A DNA stretch of 64,000 bases from an uncultured Gemmatimonadales bacterium (GCA_963851265.1 CAWKNZ010000002.1:928001-992000), one strand, 5' to 3'; counted from the stretch's first letter, positions 20,124 to 29,821 are shown. Numbers and translations are program-made. Notes: generated from the sequence alone by a model not told the origin.

Positions 20124-21162
20124 CGCCCCGTCGGCGCGGGTCTACCCACGGCAGCACGACGTCCGCGGCGAGGTTCGCGAGCACGGTCGCGACCGCGTAC
20201 AGGAGCGCGGCGCCGAGCACGACCGGATAGTCACGCGCGGCGATCGCCTGCACGACCACGCGTCCCACGCCCGGCCACGCGAACACCGTTTCGACAAACA
20301 CCGAGCCGGCGACCACGCCCGGCAGCGCAAGGGCGAACAACACGATCAGCGGCGGCAGGGCTGCGCGGAGCGCGTGGAGCCCGTACGTGCGGGCCGGCCC
20401 GAGTCCCTTCGCCCGCGCGGTGCGCACGAAGTCTCCTGCCAGTACTTCGCCGACCGCGCCACGCGTGTACCGCGCGACGCCGGCCGCTCCGACCGCGCTG
20501 AGCACCGCGAGCGGGAGTACCGCGTGCCGCACGCGGTCGCCGACGGCGGCCCACCCGCGCACGAGCCCCGACGGATCGCTCGCGCCGAAGCTCGGCAACC
20601 GCCACGCCGGCGGCACTCCCCAGCGCGCCGCGCCGACTGTCGCCGCCGCGATCAGGCCCAACCCGAGCCAGTAGCTCGGCGCCGCGTACGCGACGGTCGT
20701 GAGCGCGGTCAGCGCGGCGTCGGCGCGCTGCCCACCGCGATCGCCGCGTGCGCGCAGCGTCGCCTGCCAGGTACCGACGCCGACGCCTATCAGGTAGCTC
20801 AGCACCAGCGAGCCGAGTCCGAGCGCCACCGACGCGGGCAGCGCGTCGGCGATCACCCGCGCCGCGGGCCGTCGTTGGGCGAAGCTCTCGCCGAGGTCGC
20901 CGCGCAGCGCGCGCGTCGTCCACCGGACATATTGATCGGCGATGGGACGATCGATGCCGAGCTCCGAGCGAAGGCGGGCGACGTCGGCCGCGCTCGCGCC
21001 GGGCGGTACGAGGAACGCGGCGGGATCGCCTGGTGCGGCGTGCACGAGCACGAACAACAACGTCGCCACGGCCCAGATCAGCACGCCGGCGGCGGCGACT
21101 TCGCGCGCGAGCCGCGCGAATGGCGCGGGGGCAGGCGGGGTCGAACGCTCGGACGCGGGCAC
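20110..21162 (-). CDS. Peptide/nickel-type ABC permease (OppB/DppB-like)
   Basis: APGDPA, GDLGESF, DFVRTARAKGL, ETVFAWPGVG, ARDYPVV; start uncertain. Confidence 0.88.
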   Translation of the reverse strand: MPASERSTPPAPAPFARLAREVAAAGVLIWAVATLLFVLVHAAPGDPAAFLVPPGASAADVARLRSELGIDRPIADQYVRWTTRALRGDLGESFAQRRPAARVIADALPASVALGLGSLVLSYLIGVGVGTWQATLRARGDRGGQRADAALTALTTVAYAAPSYWLGLGLIAAATVGAARWGVPPAWRLPSFGASDPSGLVRGWAAVGDRVRHAVLPLAVLSAVGAAGVARYTRGAVGEVLAGDFVRTARAKGLGPARTYGLHALRAALPPLIVLFALALPGVVAGSVFVETVFAWPGVGRVVVQAIAARDYPVVLGAALLYAVATVLANLAADVVLPWVDPRRRGDARR

Positions 21163-21168
21163 GGCCGC

Positions 21169-22791
21169 ATGATGCGCGCGCACGCGGGGAAGGGAAGGGC
21201 CGTACTCCTCGCCCGTCGGTCGTCCGCGGTACGCGTCGGCTCGCTGGGCATCGGCCTGGCGTGCGTCGACGCCGCGTGTGCCGCACCCCCGCGGCCGGCC
21301 GACGTCGCGGTCATCGCATCGGGCAGCGACCTGGAATCGCCCGACCCGCTCGTGACCGTGCACCCGATGTCGCGCCAGGTACAGCGACACGTGCTGCTCG
21401 TGACGCTCGCGCGCTACGACGAGCGGTTCGCCCCGATCCCGTACTATGCGCGCCGATGGCGTTGGTCGCGCGACCGGCGCACGGTCACGTTCGCGCTCGA
21501 GCCATCGCTCCGCTGGCACGACGGGGTGCGCACGACCGCGCGCGACGCGGTCTTCACGTTCGCCCTCGCGCGCGATTCCGCGCTCGGCTCGCCCCGGCGC
21601 GGCGAACTTACCGCCGTCGACGCGGCCACGGCGCCGGACGACACCACGCTCGTGCTGCGGTTCGCGTCCGCGCAGCCCTCGCTTCCGCGCTTCGTCTGTG
21701 AGCTGCCGATCGTCCCGGAGCACCTGCTCCGCGCCGCAAGTAGCGGCGCGCTTCGGCGGACGCGATTCGAGCACGTCCCGGTCGGGAACGGGCCGTTTCG
21801 GTTCGTCGAACACGTGCCGGGCGCGCGCTGGGTGTTCGCCCGGAACGGTGGCTTCCCCGCGGCGATGGGCGGGCCGCCGCGACTTGCGCGCCTCGTCGTC
21901 GCGGTAGTCGACGAGCCGACGACCAAGTTCGCCGGCCTGGTCACGGGCGAGCTCGACGCCGCCGGCATCGCGCCGACGAGTGCCGCCCGGCTCGCGGGCG
22001 ACCGCGTAGCGCGCGTCGTTTCGTACCCGGTCGCGTTCTCGACGGGCCTCGTGTTCAACACCCGGCGGCCGCCGTTCGACGACGTGCGCGTCCGTCGCGC
22101 CGTGAACGCGTCGCTCGACCGCCGGCGGATCGTCGACGTCGCCCTCGCGGGGTTCGGCACGCCGTCGGCGGCGTCGGTCCCGCCAGGCTTCCCCAATGCC
22201 GTCGCAGTCGCCGACCCGCGCGACGCTCGCGCGGCTGATTCGCTCCTCGACGCCGCCGGGTGGATGCGCGGGGTGGACGGCGTGCGCCGCCGCGCCGGTC
22301 GGCCGCTCGCGGTCGATCTGCTCACCGTCGGCTCGGGCGACAACGCGGTCGAGCAGCTCGTGCAGGCGGACCTCGCCGCACGCGGGATCCGCCTGTCGAT
22401 TCAGCCCCGCGAATTCGGCGCGTTCCTCACCGCCGCCCGCGCGCCGCGCAAGACGTTCGACGTCCTGCTCACGGGCGTGCCCGGCGATCTCGATCTCACG
22501 CACCTCGTCGCGATGTTCGCGTCGAGCGCCGCCGGAGGCACCCTCGACTACGCAGGTTACCACCGCGCGGTCCTCGACTCGGCCTTTGCCCGCGTCGCGG
22601 TCGCGCCCGACTCGGCCGCGCGCGCCGCCGCCTGGGCCGCGGCCCAGCACACGCTCGCCGATTCGGTCCCGGTGGCGTGGCTGTACCACGCGCGCGGCGT
22701 GCAGGGCGTGGCGCGGCGGCTGACCGGTGTCGTGATGGACCTGCGCGGCGAGCTGGCGACCGTGCACGACTGGCTCGGCGAGCGCCCGTGA
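21169..22791 (+). CDS. ABC substrate-binding protein, family 5 (probable lipoprotein)
   Basis: LRWHDGVRTTARDAVFT, PVGNGPF, PPFDDVRVRRA, LLDAAGW; Cys after hydrophobic stretch; start uncertain. Confidence 0.88.
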   Translation: MMRAHAGKGRAVLLARRSSAVRVGSLGIGLACVDAACAAPPRPADVAVIASGSDLESPDPLVTVHPMSRQVQRHVLLVTLARYDERFAPIPYYARRWRWSRDRRTVTFALEPSLRWHDGVRTTARDAVFTFALARDSALGSPRRGELTAVDAATAPDDTTLVLRFASAQPSLPRFVCELPIVPEHLLRAASSGALRRTRFEHVPVGNGPFRFVEHVPGARWVFARNGGFPAAMGGPPRLARLVVAVVDEPTTKFAGLVTGELDAAGIAPTSAARLAGDRVARVVSYPVAFSTGLVFNTRRPPFDDVRVRRAVNASLDRRRIVDVALAGFGTPSAASVPPGFPNAVAVADPRDARAADSLLDAAGWMRGVDGVRRRAGRPLAVDLLTVGSGDNAVEQLVQADLAARGIRLSIQPREFGAFLTAARAPRKTFDVLLTGVPGDLDLTHLVAMFASSAAGGTLDYAGYHRAVLDSAFARVAVAPDSAARAAAWAAAQHTLADSVPVAWLYHARGVQGVARRLTGVVMDLRGELATVHDWLGERP

Positions 22792-25715
22792 GCACGTTGT
22801 ATCTCTCGCCGTCCGACGTGGCCGCCCGACGAGCCGTTGTCGCCCGACCGGATGCAACCCTCGGTCTGCTGGCCGAATCGCTCGCCCGGGAACTCGCGCC
22901 GGTGGTCGCGCGCTCCGTCTCGCTGCCGCCCAACAAGGCCCGGATGACGCGTCGCGGCGGCATCTGTCCACGAGACGGCGCCCGCCTCGCGTTCGACCCG
23001 TTCGCCCCGCGTGCGCATCGATGCGACGCGTGCGGCACGGTGTACGACCGAGACGAGGATTACGAGTGGTGGACGTTCGGGTATCAGCTCTGGCTCGCCG
23101 AGCGGTCCGTCCACGCCGCGGCCCTCGCGCTCGTCGCCGGCCGCGACGCGGGTACGCCGGGTGGCGCGTTAGGCGTCCCCGAGCTGGCCGCCTTCGCCGC
23201 GCGCGTGCTCGACGCGCAGGCCGACGCCTATCTCACGTATCCGAACCGCGACAACGTCCTCGGCCCCACGCGCCCCTTCTTCAGCACGTACCTCGAGTCG
23301 CTCTGGCTCGTGCACGTCTGTACCGCGCTGGACCTGCTGCGGGCCGCGGTGCCGCGCGCGTACGACGCACTCGCCGCCCGCGTGATCGATCGAGTGGTCG
23401 AGCCGAGCCGCGTCCTGATCGCGGGTTTCCCGGAGGGGACTTCGAACCGCCAGGTCTGGCATGCCGCGGCGCGACTCGCCGTTGCGCGCGTGGTCGGCGA
23501 TGGGCGAGCGGCGGCGGACGCCGTATACGGCCCATCCGGGATCGCCGACCTGCTGCGCAGCGCCCTGCTCCAGGACGGGAGTTGGTACGAGGGCGACAAC
23601 TACCACCAGTTCGCACACCGCGGTTTCTGGTACGCCCTGCGTTTCGCCGAACGCGCCGGCCTCGAGATCGCCCCGGAACTCCTCGATCGGTTCCGAGCCG
23701 GTTATGCCGTCCCATTCCGCGTCGCGCTCCCCGATGAAACGCTCCCGGCGCGACGCGATTCGCAGTACGCCGTCTCGCTCCGGCAATGGCGTTGGGCCGA
23801 GTGGTGCGAGCTTGGCCTGGGCGAGCACGTCGGCCCGCCACTTCGCGGTGCGCTCGCGAAGCTGTACCGCCCGACCGACCCGCCGCTCCCATCCGCGACG
23901 GGCCGTTGGCGAAGCACGGGTGAGAGTGAGCGGAACGAGCCCGCGAGCGCGCTCTCGCGTGCCGACCTCGGCTGGAAGTCACTGCTCTTTGCATTGCCCG
24001 AGCTGCCGCCGGCGCAGGCCGACGCCATGCCCCGCTCGGTGCTGCTCGCGGCGCAGGGATACGCGGTGCTCCGCCCGGCAGGCGGCCGCGTCTACGCCTC
24101 GCTCGATTTCGGCGGCGGCGGCGGTGGGCACGGGCATCCAGACCGGCTGAACGTCCTCGTCCAGGACGGCGTCTCCCGGTGGCTCGACGACCCAGGTACG
24201 GGGACGTATGTGGAGCGCACGCTGCACTGGTACCGGAGCACCCTCGCGCACGCGGCGCCGCTCGTCGACGGCCGTTCGCAGCAGCCGGGGCGAGGCACGC
24301 TCGAAGCGTTCGACCCCGGTCCCGACCAACCCGACGCACTCGAACGCATCGTCCCGCGCTTCGCCGGCGTTGCGGCGTGGACGGCGGTCGACGGCGTCGT
24401 CGCGCGCCGAGCCGTCGTCGCGACGGACGCGTACGTCGTCGACCGGTTTGCCTGGCGCGCGCCGCGTTCGCGGCTCGTCGACCTGCCCCTGCACGTCGAC
24501 GGCACCATCGACGGGTCGGCGTCGGAATGGTTGCCGTTCGAGCCGGGCGGCGCGGGCGGGCTCGAGGACGGTTTCGATTTCGTGCGGGCCGCCGAAGCGA
24601 CCGTGCCCGACAATTCGCCGGTCCGCCTGCGCCTCGTGAGCCGCGGTGGGCGCGCTGAGCGGCCGCCCGCGCTCTGGCTCGCGTCGCCGGAGATGACGCT
24701 CTGGCGCGGGATCGCCCCGGGGCCGCCCGGATTCGGCGAACGGCGGTTTCACGCCGTCCGCATGCGGGGCGCGCGTGGGACGGTCGTCGCGATCTGGGAT
24801 CTGAGAGGCGCGATCCAGAACGTCACGGTGGAACCGGACGCAATCACGATCGTGCTCGCCGACGGCACCGTCGATCGCCACGCTCCTCCACCGCGGTGGC
24901 GCGCCGGCGGCGCGCCGACCGCGGCGGGCGCGCCGGCCGGAGGGCGCTCGTGGCGCGTCGAACGGACGCGAACGGACGGCATGCGGGCCGAGCGGCAACT
25001 CGTGCTCGCGCGCTCCGCCGCTCCGCGGCGAACGCGCGCGGGCGACCGCACAATCGTCGACGCGCTCGCCGTCGCGCTCGCCGGGGCCACCTACACGCTC
25101 GCCGACGGAGAGGCCGCGCTCACCTTCCGACTCGGCGCATCGCACTACCTGCGCTCCGAGCCGTCGTGGGAGGATGCGGGCAGGCCGACGGCCACCGTCC
25201 GCGTCCGCGTCGTCGGCTCGGCCCTGACGATCGACGTCGACGTCGGACTCGGTCGCGCGCCTTCGTTCGCGGCCGCCGGGTCGGAAAACCCCCTCGACAA
25301 CGAGCGTGCAGACGTGAACAGTGACGGACTGCAGCTACTCGTCAGTCCCGCTGCAGCCCCATCGAGGAGCGCTGCGTGGCTCCTCGTTCCCGACGTGCGC
25401 GCGCCGGACGTGCGCGTGACGCCGACCGCGGGCCACCCCGCCGGCGACGCGCGCGCGGTCCGACTCGACGCACGGTGGAACCCGCGCGCGGACGGGTGGA
25501 GCATGCACTGTAGCGTCCCGCGCGACGCCATCGACGGCGATCTGGTCGCGGTGGACCTCGCGATCAACGAGAAGCCTCCCGATCGAGACCGCCGCCGCGG
25601 GCAGCTCACCCTCGGCGAACCGGACGGCGCGTTCGTGTATCTTCGGGGAGACCGCATGAGCGCCGCCCGCGCGCTGCGGTTCGTGCTCCCGCCGGCGTCC
25701 GCGCCCGCGGTGTAA
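22788..25715 (+). CDS. Heparinase II/III-like polysaccharide lyase
   Basis: WYEGDNYH, GGHGHPDRLN, DPGTGTY, WYRSTLAH; GTGA overlap with the binding-protein gene. Confidence 0.78.
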   Translation: MSTLYLSPSDVAARRAVVARPDATLGLLAESLARELAPVVARSVSLPPNKARMTRRGGICPRDGARLAFDPFAPRAHRCDACGTVYDRDEDYEWWTFGYQLWLAERSVHAAALALVAGRDAGTPGGALGVPELAAFAARVLDAQADAYLTYPNRDNVLGPTRPFFSTYLESLWLVHVCTALDLLRAAVPRAYDALAARVIDRVVEPSRVLIAGFPEGTSNRQVWHAAARLAVARVVGDGRAAADAVYGPSGIADLLRSALLQDGSWYEGDNYHQFAHRGFWYALRFAERAGLEIAPELLDRFRAGYAVPFRVALPDETLPARRDSQYAVSLRQWRWAEWCELGLGEHVGPPLRGALAKLYRPTDPPLPSATGRWRSTGESERNEPASALSRADLGWKSLLFALPELPPAQADAMPRSVLLAAQGYAVLRPAGGRVYASLDFGGGGGGHGHPDRLNVLVQDGVSRWLDDPGTGTYVERTLHWYRSTLAHAAPLVDGRSQQPGRGTLEAFDPGPDQPDALERIVPRFAGVAAWTAVDGVVARRAVVATDAYVVDRFAWRAPRSRLVDLPLHVDGTIDGSASEWLPFEPGGAGGLEDGFDFVRAAEATVPDNSPVRLRLVSRGGRAERPPALWLASPEMTLWRGIAPGPPGFGERRFHAVRMRGARGTVVAIWDLRGAIQNVTVEPDAITIVLADGTVDRHAPPPRWRAGGAPTAAGAPAGGRSWRVERTRTDGMRAERQLVLARSAAPRRTRAGDRTIVDALAVALAGATYTLADGEAALTFRLGASHYLRSEPSWEDAGRPTATVRVRVVGSALTIDVDVGLGRAPSFAAAGSENPLDNERADVNSDGLQLLVSPAAAPSRSAAWLLVPDVRAPDVRVTPTAGHPAGDARAVRLDARWNPRADGWSMHCSVPRDAIDGDLVAVDLAINEKPPDRDRRRGQLTLGEPDGAFVYLRGDRMSAARALRFVLPPASAPAV

Positions 25716-25753
25716 TTCCGGGCGCGGGCGACCGCGCCGCATCCGCCGTCCGC

Positions 25754-26587
25754 ATGCCGTCGCTGCTCGACCAGGTCCGCGTCGTTCTCTACGAACCGCA
25801 GAAGCCCATCAACATCGCGGCGACCGTGCGCGCGATGAAGAACATGGGCGTCGGCGAGTTGCGCCTGGTCCGGCCCTGCGCGTACGACGCCAACTACATC
25901 GAGGTGATCGCGCACCACACGCGCGACATCGCCGACCGCATCGCGCACTTCGACTCGCTCGAGGCCGCGCTCGCTGACTGCGTGCGCGTGGCGGCGTTCA
26001 CCGGACGCCGCCGGGCCGCCAAGTGGCCGATCGCCACGCCGCGCGCCGCGGCCGCCGACCTCGCCGGGTACGCGACGGACGGTCCCGTCGCCGTCCTGTT
26101 CGGGCGCGAGGACGACGGGCTCCCGGCCGACGCGATCGACCGCGCGCACTTCGGCGTCACGATTCCGACCACCGCGCACGCGTCGCTGAACGTCGCCCAG
26201 GCGGTGCTCGTCGCACTCTACGAGCTGCACCTCGTCGCGGACGACGCGACCGTGCCGTTAGGCCGTCCGCGTCGCCACGCCGGCCCGCCCACCACCGCGC
26301 AGCTCGAGGAGTTCTTCGGCGACACGCAGCGCGCGCTCGCCGCCCTCGACTTCTTCCGGACGCGCAGCATCGAGCACGTGATGCGCGGCATCCGCTCCCT
26401 CGTCTTCCGCGCCTCGCCCGACGAGCGCGAACTGGGCCTCACGCGCGCGATGGCCTTCGAGGTGATCCGGACGATCGAGCGCGAGCGGACGCGGGCGTAC
26501 GCCGCCGGCTTCGACGCGGCGCGCGCCGAGCGCGCGGCCGCCGCGCCCGACGACGGCGCGCGCGACGCCGCCGTCCACTCTCCGTGA
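25754..26587 (+). CDS. SPOUT RNA methyltransferase, TrmJ/LasT-like
   Basis: NIAATVRAMKNMG, LFGREDDGL, SLNVAQAV. Confidence 0.9.
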   Translation: MPSLLDQVRVVLYEPQKPINIAATVRAMKNMGVGELRLVRPCAYDANYIEVIAHHTRDIADRIAHFDSLEAALADCVRVAAFTGRRRAAKWPIATPRAAAADLAGYATDGPVAVLFGREDDGLPADAIDRAHFGVTIPTTAHASLNVAQAVLVALYELHLVADDATVPLGRPRRHAGPPTTAQLEEFFGDTQRALAALDFFRTRSIEHVMRGIRSLVFRASPDERELGLTRAMAFEVIRTIERERTRAYAAGFDAARAERAAAAPDDGARDAAVHSP

Positions 26588-27819
26588 CCCCGGCGTCGGC
26601 GAATTGGCGAGCGCGCGCCGCGGACGCCGTGGCGGCCGACGCGAGCACCGGGAGCAAGCGCCCGGCCGCGCTCTACGGCGCGTCCGACGCGCCCGATGCG
26701 CCGCTGCACTACATCCGCGCCGAGGGCTGTCGCGTCGTCACCGCCGACGGCCGAACGCTGGTGGACTGCACGAGCGCGCTCGGCGCGGTCGCGCTCGGCT
26801 ACGCCGACCCCGACGTCACCCGCGCCGTGTGCGACGCGGCGCGCGCGGGCCCCGTGAGCGGGCTGACGTCGACGCTCGAACCCGCGCTCGCCGAGCGGCT
26901 CGCGGCGACCGTGCCGTGCGCCGAGCGCGCGCTCTTCCTCAAGAGCGGCGCCGAGGCGACCAGCGCGGCCGTGCGCGTCGCGCGCGCGGCCACGGGGCGC
27001 GACGTGGTGCTCGCGAGCGGCTACTTCGGTTGGCACGACTGGGCGAGCGACGCCGACACGCGCGGCGTCCCGGCGGCCGCGCGGGACGCGGTCGTGCGCC
27101 TAACGCGCGACGACGTCCCCGCGCTCGCGCGAGCGGTCGACGCGGTCGGCGCGTCGCGCGTCGCGGCGATTCTCGTTGAGCCCGTCGTCGAACGGTTCCC
27201 CGACACCGCGTGGCTGCACGCGCTGCGCGACACGGCGCGGCGCATCGGCGCGGTGCTGATATTCGACGAGGTCAAGACGGCGTTCCGCCTCGCGCCCGGC
27301 GGGTATCAGCAGCTCGCGGGCGTTTGGCCCGACCTCGCGGTGATCGGCAAGGCGCTCGCCAACGGCTACCCGCTCGCAGCCATCGTCGGACGGCGCGACG
27401 TGATGGACGCGGCGCGCCGCACGTGGATCTCGTCGACGCTCGCGAGCGAAGCCACCGCCCTCGCGGCCGCGCACGCCGTACTCGACCGGCACGCCGCGGC
27501 CGACGTGTGCGGCGCGGTCGCCGCGCGCGGATGCGCATTCCGCGCCGCGGCGTCGCGCGCCCTCGCAGACGTGGCCGCGTGTGAGGTCCTCGGCCTCGAC
27601 GCGATGTGGTTCGTGCGCTTCGGCCCATCGGCGCAGGCAACCGGCGGCGCGCGCGAGGGCGCGTTCCTGCGCGCGGCGCGCGACCGCGGCGTGCTGTTCA
27701 AGCGTGGCGCGTACCAATATGCGATGCTCGCGCACGACGCGGCGGCGCTCGCCGCCGTCGCCGCGTCAGCCGATGCCGGCGCCGCGGCCGTGCGCGCGCT
27801 CGACGAGGGCGGCGCGTGA
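26584..27819 (+). CDS. Class III PLP aminotransferase (glutamate-1-semialdehyde aminomutase-like)
   Basis: KSGAEAT, YFGWHDW, IFDEVKTAFR, GKALANGYP, SSTL. Confidence 0.85.
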   Translation: MTPASANWRARAADAVAADASTGSKRPAALYGASDAPDAPLHYIRAEGCRVVTADGRTLVDCTSALGAVALGYADPDVTRAVCDAARAGPVSGLTSTLEPALAERLAATVPCAERALFLKSGAEATSAAVRVARAATGRDVVLASGYFGWHDWASDADTRGVPAAARDAVVRLTRDDVPALARAVDAVGASRVAAILVEPVVERFPDTAWLHALRDTARRIGAVLIFDEVKTAFRLAPGGYQQLAGVWPDLAVIGKALANGYPLAAIVGRRDVMDAARRTWISSTLASEATALAAAHAVLDRHAAADVCGAVAARGCAFRAAASRALADVAACEVLGLDAMWFVRFGPSAQATGGAREGAFLRAARDRGVLFKRGAYQYAMLAHDAAALAAVAASADAGAAAVRALDEGGA

Positions 27820-28745
27820 ACGCGACGGCCATGTCGGCGGCCGCGGCGGCCGCGGCCGGGCTAGCCGACGCGAGAGCCGACGCGAGAGCCGACGCGGCGG
27901 GCGCGGCACCGCTGGCCGGGCCGGCGCCGCTCATCGACGTGCACGCGCACTGGTACCACGCCCGCACCCCGCGCGGCGACTGGGCCGCGGTGAACGCCGC
28001 CCGGCTGCGCGCGGGCGAACGCATCGGCATCACCTGGCACGTCGCCTCGGTGCTCGGCACGTGGGGCCAGACGTCGCCCACGTACTTCGCCTCGCCGGCG
28101 GACGTCGCGCTTGGCAACGACGTCGCGTACGCCGTCGCCGACGCGTGCCCCGACCGTGTGCGCGCCTACGTGCACGTGAGCCCGAACGCGCCCGGGCAGG
28201 CGCTCGACGAAATCGCGAGGGGCGTCGACGCGGGCGCGATCGGTGTGAAGCTCGCGGCCGCCCGGCGCGCCGACGACCCGCTGCTCGACGCCATCGCGGC
28301 GCAGGCCGGCGCACGCGGGCTCCCGATCCTGCACCACGTTTGGCAGTGGCGGCGTCGCGACTGGCCATCCCAGGAAGCGAGCGACGGCGTCGAACTCGGG
28401 CGTCTCGCCGCGCGCCATCCGCGCACGCAGTTCATCCTCGCACACATCGGCGGCGGCGGCGAGTACCGGCACACCTTCCACGCCGTCGCCGACCTGCCCA
28501 ACGTGCATCTCGACCTTTCGGGCAGCGGCATCGACCGCGGTATGCTCGACGACGCGCTCGCCGCCGTCGGCGCGCGACGCCTGCTCTGGGCGTGCGACGT
28601 GACGATCTGCACCGGCCTCGCCAAGTTGCGTGCGCTCGAACACGTCGGCCTCGACGCGGACGGGCTCGCGGACGTGCGATGGCGTAACGCCGTGCGGCTG
28701 TTTCCGGCCGGGAGCTTCCCCGGTTTGCCGTCCGTGCCGGCATGA
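27816..28745 (+). CDS. Amidohydrolase_2 family metallo-hydrolase
   Basis: IDVHAH, ILHH, LAHIGGG, LWACD. Confidence 0.85.
   Translation: MNATAMSAAAAAAAGLADARADARADAAGAAPLAGPAPLIDVHAHWYHARTPRGDWAAVNAARLRAGERIGITWHVASVLGTWGQTSPTYFASPADVALGNDVAYAVADACPDRVRAYVHVSPNAPGQALDEIARGVDAGAIGVKLAAARRADDPLLDAIAAQAGARGLPILHHVWQWRRRDWPSQEASDGVELGRLAARHPRTQFILAHIGGGGEYRHTFHAVADLPNVHLDLSGSGIDRGMLDDALAAVGARRLLWACDVTICTGLAKLRALEHVGLDADGLADVRWRNAVRLFPAGSFPGLPSVPA
27863..27896 (+). repeat. 12-bp tandem repeat, 2.8 copies
   Basis: AGCCGACGCGAG x2 then AGCCGACGCG, encoding ADARADARADA. Confidence 0.8.
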
Positions 28746-29575
28746 TCGCCGCCGACACGGTCCCGTTGGACGTGAACGCGATGATCGGCGCCTATCCCTG
28801 GCGTCCGGTCCCGCACCCGGAGCCGGCGGTACTCGCCGGCGTCCTCGAGCGTGAGGGAATCGCGGCCGCGTGGGTCGGGCACTTGCCGTCGGCGTTCTGG
28901 CGCGATCCGGTGCCGGGCAATGCCGAGCTCTATGCGGCGCTCGAGCCGTTCCGCCAGCTCCACCCGGCGCCGACCATCCGTCCCGATTGGCCCGGGTGGG
29001 AACGCGCCCTCCGCGACGCCGTGGACCTCGGCGCGCCCGCGATCCGTGTCTATCCCACGCTCTGGGGCTTGGGAGCCGGCGACCACGCGCTCGCGTCGCT
29101 CGCGGAGGCGTGCGCGGAGGCGCGGCGCGCGGTGCTTCTCACGGTGCGGTTCGAGGACTCGCGCCAGCGCCACCCGCTCGACGTCGCCCCCGACCTCACC
29201 CCGGCGTACGTGCGGGCCCTCGCCCGCGCCACGCGGGCCTCGCTCGTCGTCGTGAACGCCGGGCGCGAATTCATCGAGGAGGTAGCCTGGGCGCTCACCG
29301 ACGCCGAGCGCGCGCGCGTGTGGTTCGACTTCTCGTGGGTGTGGGGGCCACCCGAGGACCACTTCGCCGCACTGCTGCGCTCGCTCGGCCCCCGGCGCTT
29401 CGTCTACGGCACGGGGTGGCCGCTGCGGCTCGCGCAGAACGCGCGCGCGAACCTCGACCTCCTCCCAGCGGACCTTCGCAGCGCGCTTCGGGATGGTGGG
29501 TTGGCCACGGCCGCCCACATGTTCGCGGTGGAACGACCGCACGGCGGCGTCGCGCCGGAACACCGCGGCGCGTAG
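28742..29575 (+). CDS. Amidohydrolase-fold protein with degenerate metal site
   Basis: LDVNAMIG, AIRVYP, RFVYGTGWP; ATGA overlap with the preceding amidohydrolase. Confidence 0.7.
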   Translation: MIAADTVPLDVNAMIGAYPWRPVPHPEPAVLAGVLEREGIAAAWVGHLPSAFWRDPVPGNAELYAALEPFRQLHPAPTIRPDWPGWERALRDAVDLGAPAIRVYPTLWGLGAGDHALASLAEACAEARRAVLLTVRFEDSRQRHPLDVAPDLTPAYVRALARATRASLVVVNAGREFIEEVAWALTDAERARVWFDFSWVWGPPEDHFAALLRSLGPRRFVYGTGWPLRLAQNARANLDLLPADLRSALRDGGLATAAHMFAVERPHGGVAPEHRGA

Positions 29576-29623
29576 TGTGCGTTCGCCGCGTTGGAACTAT
29601 TCCCGACTCCGTAGTCTTGCGTC

Positions 29624-29642
29624 CGTTGCATCCCTTGCAACG
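29624..29642. promoter_or_regulatory. Palindromic candidate operator upstream of actA
   Basis: CGTTGCA-TCCCT-TGCAACG in a relatively AT-rich intergenic region. Confidence 0.4.
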
Positions 29643-29821
29643 CCTCTAGTCGGGGACCATCTTACGCCCGCCTCGCGGCCAGGCACGCACGCGCGTTCTC
29701 CTCGTTCGGTGACGACGGTGTCGTCCCGAGCATGTTCGTTTCGGGTGTCTCGTGGTCCACGCGCGCACTCGATCGGTGTCCTTACCGGACGCTTCTACAT
29801 CTCACGCCACAGGTCGCAGCG

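Noticed and set aside
19384..22971. Apparent giant ORFs 19384..22791 (+) and 20110..22971 (-) suggesting fusions
   Set aside because: Only the C-terminal parts carry family motifs; the extensions are antisense read-through of neighbouring genes.
26584..27819. Calling the aminotransferase hemL
   Set aside because: Divergent N-terminus and no tetrapyrrole gene context; only family-level support.
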